A model generated the notes under the pieces. That model was not told the DNA's origin, made no database searches, and worked only from the letters and a program-made list of their open reading frames with translations. DNA of 39,096 bases, taken from the sequence record AY264777.1. One strand, 5' to 3'. The stretch comes from Escherichia phage T7. Position numbers and translations under genes: made by a program. Shown here piece after piece: positions 19,400 through 27,483 of the stretch (position 1 is the stretch's first letter; each line of letters opens with the position of its first letter).

Positions 19400-21009
19400 T
19401 GGCTGAGAAACGAACAGGACTTGCGGAGGATGGCGCAAAGTCTGTCTATGAGCGTTTAAAGAACGACCGTGCTCCCTATGAGACACGCGCTCAGAATTGC
19501 GCTCAATATACCATCCCATCATTGTTCCCTAAGGACTCCGATAACGCCTCTACAGATTATCAAACTCCGTGGCAAGCCGTGGGCGCTCGTGGTCTGAACA
19601 ATCTAGCCTCTAAGCTCATGCTGGCTCTATTCCCTATGCAGACTTGGATGCGACTTACTATATCTGAATATGAAGCAAAGCAGTTACTGAGCGACCCCGA
19701 TGGACTCGCTAAGGTCGATGAGGGCCTCTCGATGGTAGAGCGTATCATCATGAACTACATTGAGTCTAACAGTTACCGCGTGACTCTCTTTGAGGCTCTC
19801 AAACAGTTAGTCGTAGCTGGTAACGTCCTGCTGTACCTACCGGAACCGGAAGGGTCAAACTATAATCCCATGAAGCTGTACCGATTGTCTTCTTATGTGG
19901 TCCAACGAGACGCATTCGGCAACGTTCTGCAAATGGTGACTCGTGACCAGATAGCTTTTGGTGCTCTCCCTGAGGACATCCGTAAGGCTGTAGAAGGTCA
20001 AGGTGGTGAGAAGAAAGCTGATGAGACAATCGACGTGTACACTCACATCTATCTGGATGAGGACTCAGGTGAATACCTCCGATACGAAGAGGTCGAGGAT
20101 ATGGAAGTCCAAGGCTCCGATGGGACTTATCCTAAAGAGGCTTGCCCATACATCCCGATTCGGATGGTCAGACTAGATGGTGAATCCTACGGTCGTTCGT
20201 ACATTGAGGAATACTTAGGTGACTTACGGTCCCTTGAAAATCTCCAAGAGGCTATCGTCAAGATGTCCATGATTAGCTCTAAGGTTATCGGCTTAGTGAA
20301 TCCTGCTGGTATCACCCAGCCACGCCGACTGACCAAAGCTCAGACTGGTGACTTCGTTACTGGTCGTCCAGAAGACATCTCGTTCCTCCAACTGGAGAAG
20401 CAAGCAGACTTTACTGTAGCTAAAGCCGTAAGTGACGCTATCGAGGCTCGCCTTTCGTTTGCCTTTATGTTGAACTCTGCGGTTCAGCGTACAGGTGAAC
20501 GTGTGACCGCCGAAGAGATTCGGTATGTAGCTTCTGAACTTGAAGATACTTTAGGTGGTGTCTACTCTATCCTTTCTCAAGAATTACAATTGCCTCTGGT
20601 ACGAGTGCTCTTGAAGCAACTACAAGCCACGCAACAGATTCCTGAGTTACCTAAGGAAGCCGTAGAGCCAACCATTAGTACAGGTCTGGAAGCAATTGGT
20701 CGAGGACAAGACCTTGATAAGCTGGAGCGGTGTGTCACTGCGTGGGCTGCACTGGCACCTATGCGAAACGACCCTGATATTAACCTTGCGATGATTAAGT
20801 TACGTATTGCCAACGCTATCGGTATTGACACTTCTGGTATTCTACTCACCGAAGAACAGAAGCAACAGAAGATGGCCCAACAGTCTATGCAAATGGGTAT
20901 GGATAATGGTGCTGCTGCGCTGGCTCAAGGTATGGCTGCACAAGCTACAGCTTCACCTGAGGCTATGGCTGCTGCCGCTGATTCCGTAGGTTTACAGCCG
21001 GGAATTTAA
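19399..21009 (+). CDS. 8: Gene 8, head-tail connector (portal) (536 aa)
   Basis: Internal ATG 19399 of ORF 19384..21009. Confidence 0.95.
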   Translation: MAEKRTGLAEDGAKSVYERLKNDRAPYETRAQNCAQYTIPSLFPKDSDNASTDYQTPWQAVGARGLNNLASKLMLALFPMQTWMRLTISEYEAKQLLSDPDGLAKVDEGLSMVERIIMNYIESNSYRVTLFEALKQLVVAGNVLLYLPEPEGSNYNPMKLYRLSSYVVQRDAFGNVLQMVTRDQIAFGALPEDIRKAVEGQGGEKKADETIDVYTHIYLDEDSGEYLRYEEVEDMEVQGSDGTYPKEACPYIPIRMVRLDGESYGRSYIEEYLGDLRSLENLQEAIVKMSMISSKVIGLVNPAGITQPRRLTKAQTGDFVTGRPEDISFLQLEKQADFTVAKAVSDAIEARLSFAFMLNSAVQRTGERVTAEEIRYVASELEDTLGGVYSILSQELQLPLVRVLLKQLQATQQIPELPKEAVEPTISTGLEAIGRGQDLDKLERCVTAWAALAPMRNDPDINLAMIKLRIANAIGIDTSGILLTEEQKQQKMAQQSMQMGMDNGAAALAQGMAAQATASPEAMAAAADSVGLQPGI

Positions 21010-21029
21010 TACGACTCACTATAGAGAGA
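21007..21029 (+). promoter_or_regulatory. T7 class III promoter phi9 (variant at +2)
   Basis: taatacgactcactatagagaga. Confidence 0.85.
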
Positions 21030-21108
21030 CCTCATCTTTGAAATGAGCGATGACAAGAGGTTGGAGTCCTCGGTCTTCCTGTAGTTCAACTTTAAGGAGA
21101 CAATAATA

Positions 21109-22032
21109 ATGGCTGAATCTAATGCAGACGTATATGCATCTTTTGGCGTGAACTCCGCTGTGATGTCTGGTGGTTCCGTTGAGGAACATGAGCAGAACAT
21201 GCTGGCTCTTGATGTTGCTGCCCGTGATGGCGATGATGCAATCGAGTTAGCGTCAGACGAAGTGGAAACAGAACGTGACCTGTATGACAACTCTGACCCA
21301 TTCGGTCAAGAGGATGACGAAGGCCGCATTCAGGTTCGTATCGGTGATGGCTTTGAGCCGACCGATGTGGACACTGGAGAAGAAGGCGTTGAGGGCACCG
21401 AAGGTTCCGAAGAGTTTACCTCACTGGGCGAGACTCCAGAAGAACTGGTAGCTGCCTCTGAGCAACTTGGTGAGCACGAAGAGGGCTTCCAAGAGATGAT
21501 TAACATTGCTGCTGAGCGTGGCATGAGTGTCGAGACCATTGAGGCTATCCAGCGTGAGTACGAGGAGAACGAAGAGTTGTCCGCCGAGTCCTACGCTAAG
21601 CTGGCTGAAATTGGCTACACGAAGGCTTTCATTGACTCGTATATCCGTGGTCAAGAAGCTTTGGTGGAGCAGTACGTAAACAGTGTCATTGAGTACGCTG
21701 GTGGTCGTGAACGTTTTGATGCACTGTATAACCACCTTGAGACGCACAACCCTGAGGCTGCACAGTCGCTGGATAATGCGTTGACCAATCGTGACTTAGC
21801 GACCGTTAAGGCTATCATCAACTTGGCTGGTGAGTCTCGCGCTAAGGCGTTCGGTCGTAAGCCAACTCGTAGTGTGACTAATCGTGCTATTCCGGCTAAA
21901 CCTCAGGCTACCAAGCATGAAGGCTTTGCGGACCGTAGCGAGATGATTAAAGCTATGAGTGACCCTCGGTATCGCACAGATGCCAACTATCGTCGTCAAG
22001 TCGAACAGAAAGTAATCGATTCGAACTTCTGA
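21109..22032 (+). CDS. 9: Gene 9, capsid assembly (scaffolding) protein (307 aa)
   Basis: ORF 21109..22032; highly acidic. Confidence 0.95.
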   Translation: MAESNADVYASFGVNSAVMSGGSVEEHEQNMLALDVAARDGDDAIELASDEVETERDLYDNSDPFGQEDDEGRIQVRIGDGFEPTDVDTGEEGVEGTEGSEEFTSLGETPEELVAASEQLGEHEEGFQEMINIAAERGMSVETIEAIQREYEENEELSAESYAKLAEIGYTKAFIDSYIRGQEALVEQYVNSVIEYAGGRERFDALYNHLETHNPEAAQSLDNALTNRDLATVKAIINLAGESRAKAFGRKPTRSVTNRAIPAKPQATKHEGFADRSEMIKAMSDPRYRTDANYRRQVEQKVIDSNF

Positions 22033-22045
22033 TAGACTTCGAAAT

Positions 22046-22068
22046 TAATACGATTCATTATAGGGAGA
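22046..22068 (+). promoter_or_regulatory. T7 class III promoter phi10 (two substitutions, -9 and -5)
   Basis: taatacgattcattatagggaga followed by the gene 10 leader ccacaacggtttccctctagaaataattttgtttaactttaagaaggagatatacat. Confidence 0.9.
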
Positions 22069-22125
22069 CCACAACGGTTTCCCTCTAGAAATAATTTTGT
22101 TTAACTTTAAGAAGGAGATATACAT

Positions 22126-23163
22126 ATGGCTAGCATGACTGGTGGACAGCAAATGGGTACTAACCAAGGTAAAGGTGTAGTTGCTGCTGGAGATAAACTG
22201 GCGTTGTTCTTGAAGGTATTTGGCGGTGAAGTCCTGACTGCGTTCGCTCGTACCTCCGTGACCACTTCTCGCCACATGGTACGTTCCATCTCCAGCGGTA
22301 AATCCGCTCAGTTCCCTGTTCTGGGTCGCACTCAGGCAGCGTATCTGGCTCCGGGCGAGAACCTCGACGATAAACGTAAGGACATCAAACACACCGAGAA
22401 GGTAATCATCATTGACGGTCTCTTGACGGCTGACGTTCTGATTTATGATATTGAGGACGCGATGAACCACTACGACGTTCGCTCTGAGTATACCTCTCAG
22501 TTGGGTGAATCTCTGGCGATGGCTGCGGATGGTGCGGTTCTGGCTGAGATTGCCGATCTGTGTAACGTGGAAAGCAAATATAATGAGAACATCGAGGGCT
22601 TAGGTACTGCTACCGTAATTGAGACCACTCAAAACAAGGCCGCACTTACCGACCAAATTGCGCTGGGTAAGGAGATTATTGCGGCTCTGACTAAGGCTCG
22701 TGCGGTTCTGACCAAGAACTATGTTCCGGCTGCTGACCGTGTGTTCTACTGTGACCCAGATAGCTACTCTGCGATTCTGGCAGCACTGATGCCGAACGCA
22801 GCAAACTACGCTGCTCTGATTGACCCTGAGAAGGGTTCTATTCGCAACGTTATGGGCTTTGAGGTTGTAGAAGTTCCGCACCTCACCGCTGGTGGTGCTG
22901 GTACCGCTCGTGAGGGCACTACTGGTCAGAAGCACGTCTTCCCTGCCAATAAAGGTGAGGGTAATGTCAAGGTTGCTAAGGACAACGTTATCGGTCTGTT
23001 CATGCACCGCTCTGCGGTAGGTACTGTTAAGCTGCGTGACTTGGCTCTGGAGCGCGCTCGCCGTGCTAACTTCCAAGCGGACCAGATTATCGCTAAGTAC
23101 GCAATGGGCCACGGTGGTCTTCGCCCAGAAGCTGCTGGTGCAGTGGTTTTCAAAGTGGAGTAA
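22126..23163 (+). CDS. 10: Gene 10A, major capsid protein (345 aa)
   Basis: ORF 22126..23163; MASMTGGQQMG...VVFKVE. Confidence 0.98.
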   Translation: MASMTGGQQMGTNQGKGVVAAGDKLALFLKVFGGEVLTAFARTSVTTSRHMVRSISSGKSAQFPVLGRTQAAYLAPGENLDDKRKDIKHTEKVIIIDGLLTADVLIYDIEDAMNHYDVRSEYTSQLGESLAMAADGAVLAEIADLCNVESKYNENIEGLGTATVIETTQNKAALTDQIALGKEIIAALTKARAVLTKNYVPAADRVFYCDPDSYSAILAALMPNAANYAALIDPEKGSIRNVMGFEVVEVPHLTAGGAGTAREGTTGQKHVFPANKGEGNVKVAKDNVIGLFMHRSAVGTVKLRDLALERARRANFQADQIIAKYAMGHGGLRPEAAGAVVFKVE

Positions 23164-23321
23164 TGCTGGGGGTGGCCTCAACGGTCGCTGCTAGTCCCGA
23201 AGAGGCGAGTGTTACTTCAACAGAAGAAACCTTAACGCCAGCACAGAAGGCCGCACGCACCCGCGCTGCTAACAAAGCCCGAAAGGAAACTGAGTTGGCT
23301 GCTGCCACCGCTGAGCAATAA
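22126..23321 (+). CDS. 10: Gene 10B, minor capsid protein via -1 ribosomal frameshift near the 3' end of 10A
   Basis: Slippery tract ggttttc near 23147-23153; -1 frame open to taa 23319-23321. Confidence 0.55.
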
Positions 23322-23328
23322 CTAGCAT

Positions 23329-23369
23329 AATCCCTTGGGGCCTCTAAACGGGTCTTGAGGGGTTTTTTG
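23329..23369 (+). terminator. Tphi, T7 RNA polymerase terminator (stem variant)
   Basis: aatcccttggggcctctaaacgggtcttgaggggttttttg; GC-rich hairpin plus U-tract. Confidence 0.9.
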
Positions 23370-23386
23370 CTGAAAGGAGAAACTAT

Positions 23387-23977
23387 ATGCGCTCATACGA
23401 TATGAACGTTGAGACTGCCGCTGAGTTATCAGCTGTGAACGACATTCTGGCGTCTATCGGTGAACCTCCGGTATCAACGCTGGAAGGTGACGCTAACGCA
23501 GATGCAGCGAACGCTCGGCGTATTCTCAACAAGATTAACCGACAGATTCAATCTCGTGGATGGACGTTCAACATTGAGGAAGGCATAACGCTACTACCTG
23601 ATGTTTACTCCAACCTGATTGTATACAGTGACGACTATTTATCCCTAATGTCTACTTCCGGTCAATCCATCTACGTTAACCGAGGTGGCTATGTGTATGA
23701 CCGAACGAGTCAATCAGACCGCTTTGACTCTGGTATTACTGTGAACATTATTCGTCTCCGCGACTACGATGAGATGCCTGAGTGCTTCCGTTACTGGATT
23801 GTCACCAAGGCTTCCCGTCAGTTCAACAACCGATTCTTTGGGGCACCGGAAGTAGAGGGTGTACTCCAAGAAGAGGAAAATGAGGCTAGACGTCTCTGCA
23901 TGGAGTATGAGATGGACTACGGTGGGTACAATATGCTGGATGGAGATGCGTTCACTTCTGGTCTACTGACTCGCTAA
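23387..23977 (+). CDS. 11: Gene 11, tail tubular protein A (196 aa)
   Basis: ORF track 23387..23977. Confidence 0.95.
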   Translation: MRSYDMNVETAAELSAVNDILASIGEPPVSTLEGDANADAANARRILNKINRQIQSRGWTFNIEEGITLLPDVYSNLIVYSDDYLSLMSTSGQSIYVNRGGYVYDRTSQSDRFDSGITVNIIRLRDYDEMPECFRYWIVTKASRQFNNRFFGAPEVEGVLQEEENEARRLCMEYEMDYGGYNMLDGDAFTSGLLTR

Positions 23978-24000
23978 CATTAATAAATAAGGAGGCTCTA

Positions 24001-26385
24001 ATGGCACTCATTAGCCAATCAATCAAGAACTTGAAGGGTGGTATCAGCCAACAGCCTGACATCCTTCGTTATCCAGACCAAGGGTCACGCCAAGTTAACG
24101 GTTGGTCTTCGGAGACCGAGGGCCTCCAAAAGCGTCCACCTCTTGTTTTCTTAAATACACTTGGAGACAACGGTGCGTTAGGTCAAGCTCCGTACATCCA
24201 CCTGATTAACCGAGATGAGCACGAACAGTATTACGCTGTGTTCACTGGTAGCGGAATCCGAGTGTTCGACCTTTCTGGTAACGAGAAGCAAGTTAGGTAT
24301 CCTAACGGTTCCAACTACATCAAGACCGCTAATCCACGTAACGACCTGCGAATGGTTACTGTAGCAGACTATACGTTCATCGTTAACCGTAACGTTGTTG
24401 CACAGAAGAACACAAAGTCTGTCAACTTACCGAATTACAACTCTAATCAAGACGGATTGATTAACGTTCGTGGTGGTCAGTATGGTAGGGAACTAATTGT
24501 ACACATTAACGGTAAAGACGTTGCGAAGTATAAGATACCAGATGGTAGTCAACCTGAACACGTAAACAATACGGATGCCCAATGGTTAGCTGAAGAGTTA
24601 GCCAAGCAGATGCGCACTAATTTGTCTGATTGGACTGTAAATGTAGGGCAAGGATTCATCCATGTGATCGCACCTAGTGGTCAACAGATTGACTCCTTCA
24701 CGACTAAAGATGGCTACGCAGACCAGTTGATTAACTCTGTGACCCACTACGCTCAGTCGTTCTCTAAGCTGCCACCTAATGCTCCTAACGGCTACATGGT
24801 GAAAATCGTAGGGGACGCCTCTAAGTCTGCCGACCAGTATTACGTTCGGTATGACGCTGAGCGGAAAGTTTGGACTGAGACTTTAGGTTGGAACACTGAG
24901 GACCAAGTTCTATGGGAAACCATGCCACACGCTCTTGTGCGAGCCGCTGACGGTAATTTCGACTTCAAGTGGCTTGAGTGGTCTCCTAAGTCTTGTGGTG
25001 ACGTTGACACCAACCCTTGGCCTTCTTTTGTTGGTTCAAGTATTAACGATGTGTTCTTTTTCCGTAACCGCTTAGGATTCCTTAGTGGGGAGAACATCAT
25101 ATTGAGTCGTACAGCCAAATACTTCAACTTCTACCCTGCGTCCATTGCGAACCTTAGTGATGACGACCCTATAGACGTAGCTGTGAGTACCAACCGAATA
25201 GCAATCCTTAAGTACGCCGTTCCGTTCTCAGAAGAGTTACTCATCTGGTCCGATGAAGCACAATTCGTCCTGACTGCCTCGGGTACTCTCACATCTAAGT
25301 CGGTTGAGTTGAACCTAACGACCCAGTTTGACGTACAAGACCGAGCGAGACCTTTTGGGATTGGGCGTAATGTCTACTTTGCTAGTTCGAGGTCCAGCTT
25401 CACGTCCATCCACAGGTACTACGCTGTGCAGGATGTCAGTTCCGTTAAAAATGCTGAGGACATTACATCACACGTTCCTAACTACATCCCTAATGGTGTG
25501 TTCAGTATTTGCGGAAGTGGTACGGAAAACTTCTGTTCGGTACTATCTCACGGGGACCCTAGTAAAATCTTCATGTACAAATTCCTGTACCTGAACGAAG
25601 AGTTAAGGCAACAGTCGTGGTCTCATTGGGACTTTGGGGAAAACGTACAGGTTCTAGCTTGTCAGAGTATCAGCTCAGATATGTATGTGATTCTTCGCAA
25701 TGAGTTCAATACGTTTCTAGCTAGAATCTCTTTCACTAAGAACGCCATTGACTTACAGGGAGAACCCTATCGTGCCTTTATGGACATGAAGATTCGATAC
25801 ACGATTCCTAGTGGAACATACAACGATGACACATTCACTACCTCTATTCATATTCCAACAATTTATGGTGCAAACTTCGGGAGGGGCAAAATCACTGTAT
25901 TGGAGCCTGATGGTAAGATAACCGTGTTTGAGCAACCTACGGCTGAGTGGAATAGCGACCCTTGGCTGAGACTCAGCGGTAATTTGGAGGGACGCATGGT
26001 GTACATTGGGTTCAACATTAACTTCGTATATGAGTTCTCTAAGTTCCTCATCAAGCAGACTGCCGACGACGGATCTACCTCCACGGAAGACATTGGGCGC
26101 TTACAGTTACGTCGAGCGTGGGTTAACTACGAGAACTCTGGTACGTTTGACATTTATGTTGAGAACCAATCGTCTAACTGGAAGTACACAATGGCTGGTG
26201 CCCGATTAGGCTCTAACACTCTGAGGGCTGGGAGACTGAACTTAGGGACCGGACAATATCGATTCCCTGTGGTTGGTAACGCCAAGTTCAACACTGTATA
26301 CATCTTGTCAGATGAGACTACCCCTCTGAACATCATTGGGTGTGGCTGGGAAGGTAACTACTTACGGAGAAGTTCCGGTATTTAA
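24001..26385 (+). CDS. 12: Gene 12, tail tubular protein B (794 aa)
   Basis: ORF track 24001..26385. Confidence 0.95.
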   Translation: MALISQSIKNLKGGISQQPDILRYPDQGSRQVNGWSSETEGLQKRPPLVFLNTLGDNGALGQAPYIHLINRDEHEQYYAVFTGSGIRVFDLSGNEKQVRYPNGSNYIKTANPRNDLRMVTVADYTFIVNRNVVAQKNTKSVNLPNYNSNQDGLINVRGGQYGRELIVHINGKDVAKYKIPDGSQPEHVNNTDAQWLAEELAKQMRTNLSDWTVNVGQGFIHVIAPSGQQIDSFTTKDGYADQLINSVTHYAQSFSKLPPNAPNGYMVKIVGDASKSADQYYVRYDAERKVWTETLGWNTEDQVLWETMPHALVRAADGNFDFKWLEWSPKSCGDVDTNPWPSFVGSSINDVFFFRNRLGFLSGENIILSRTAKYFNFYPASIANLSDDDPIDVAVSTNRIAILKYAVPFSEELLIWSDEAQFVLTASGTLTSKSVELNLTTQFDVQDRARPFGIGRNVYFASSRSSFTSIHRYYAVQDVSSVKNAEDITSHVPNYIPNGVFSICGSGTENFCSVLSHGDPSKIFMYKFLYLNEELRQQSWSHWDFGENVQVLACQSISSDMYVILRNEFNTFLARISFTKNAIDLQGEPYRAFMDMKIRYTIPSGTYNDDTFTTSIHIPTIYGANFGRGKITVLEPDGKITVFEQPTAEWNSDPWLRLSGNLEGRMVYIGFNINFVYEFSKFLIKQTADDGSTSTEDIGRLQLRRAWVNYENSGTFDIYVENQSSNWKYTMAGARLGSNTLRAGRLNLGTGQYRFPVVGNAKFNTVYILSDETTPLNIIGCGWEGNYLRRSSGI

Positions 26386-26415
26386 TTAAATATTCTCCCT
26401 GTGGTGGCTCGAAAT

Positions 26416-26438
26416 TAATACGACTCACTATAGGGAGA
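26416..26438 (+). promoter_or_regulatory. T7 class III promoter phi13 (exact consensus)
   Basis: taatacgactcactatagggaga. Confidence 0.9.
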
Positions 26439-26465
26439 ACAATACGACTACGGGAGGGTTTTCTT

Positions 26466-26882
26466 ATGATGACTATAAGACCTACTAAAAGTACAGACTT
26501 TGAGGTATTCACTCCGGCTCACCATGACATTCTTGAAGCTAAGGCTGCTGGTATTGAGCCGAGTTTCCCTGATGCTTCCGAGTGTGTCACGTTGAGCCTC
26601 TATGGGTTCCCTCTAGCTATCGGTGGTAACTGCGGGGACCAGTGCTGGTTCGTTACGAGCGACCAAGTGTGGCGACTTAGTGAAAAGGCTAAGCGAAAGT
26701 TCCGTAAGTTAATCATGGAGTATCGCGATAAGATGCTTGAGAAGTATGATACTCTTTGGAATTACGTATGGGTAGGCAATACGTCCCACATTCGTTTCCT
26801 CAAGACTATCGGTGCGGTATTCCATGAAGAGTACACACGAGATGGTCAATTTCAGTTATTTACAATCACGAAAGGAGGATAA
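26466..26882 (+). CDS. 13: Gene 13, internal virion protein A (138 aa)
   Basis: ORF track 26466..26882. Confidence 0.9.
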   Translation: MMTIRPTKSTDFEVFTPAHHDILEAKAAGIEPSFPDASECVTLSLYGFPLAIGGNCGDQCWFVTSDQVWRLSEKAKRKFRKLIMEYRDKMLEKYDTLWNYVWVGNTSHIRFLKTIGAVFHEEYTRDGQFQLFTITKGG

Positions 26883-26886
26883 CTAT

Positions 26887-27477
26887 ATGTGTTGGGCAGC
26901 CGCAATACCTATCGCTATATCTGGCGCTCAGGCTATCAGTGGTCAGAACGCTCAGGCCAAAATGATTGCCGCTCAGACCGTTGCTGGTCGTCGTCAAGTT
27001 ATGGAAATCATGAGGCAGACGAACATCCAGAATGCTGACTTATCGTTGCAAGCTCGAAGTAAACTTGAGGAAGCGTCCGCCGAGTTGACCTCACAGAACA
27101 TGCAGAAGGTCCAAGCTATTGGGTCTATCCGAACGGCTATCGGAGAGAGTATGCTTGAAGGTTCCTCAATGGACCGCATTAAGCGAGTCACAGAAGGACA
27201 GTTCATTCGGGAAGCCAATATGGTAACTGAGAACTATCGCCGTGACTACCAAGCAATCTTCGCACAGCAACTTGGTGGTACTCAAAGTGCTGCAAGTCAG
27301 ATTGACGAAATCTATAAGAGCGAACAGAAACAAAAAAGTAAGCTACAGATGGTTCTGGACCCACTGGCTATCATGGGGTCTTCCGCTGCGAGTGCTTACG
27401 CATCCGGTGCGTTCGACTCTAAGTCCACAACTAAGGCACCTATTGTTGCCGCTAAAGGAACCAAGACGGGGAGGTAA
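26887..27477 (+). CDS. 14: Gene 14, internal virion protein B (196 aa)
   Basis: Internal ATG 26887 of ORF 26812..27477 (MCWAAAIPIAISG...). Confidence 0.9.
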   Translation: MCWAAAIPIAISGAQAISGQNAQAKMIAAQTVAGRRQVMEIMRQTNIQNADLSLQARSKLEEASAELTSQNMQKVQAIGSIRTAIGESMLEGSSMDRIKRVTEGQFIREANMVTENYRRDYQAIFAQQLGGTQSAASQIDEIYKSEQKQKSKLQMVLDPLAIMGSSAASAYASGAFDSKSTTKAPIVAAKGTKTGR

Positions 27478-27483
27478 TGAGCT

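Noticed and set aside
22040-22140. Sequence identical to the promoter/leader/T7-tag cassette of common T7 expression vectors (cloning-vector contamination?)
   Set aside because: The cassette in those vectors is derived from this exact locus. Here it sits between gene 9 and a full-length gene 10 in native genomic context, with no vector backbone, lac operator or polylinker.
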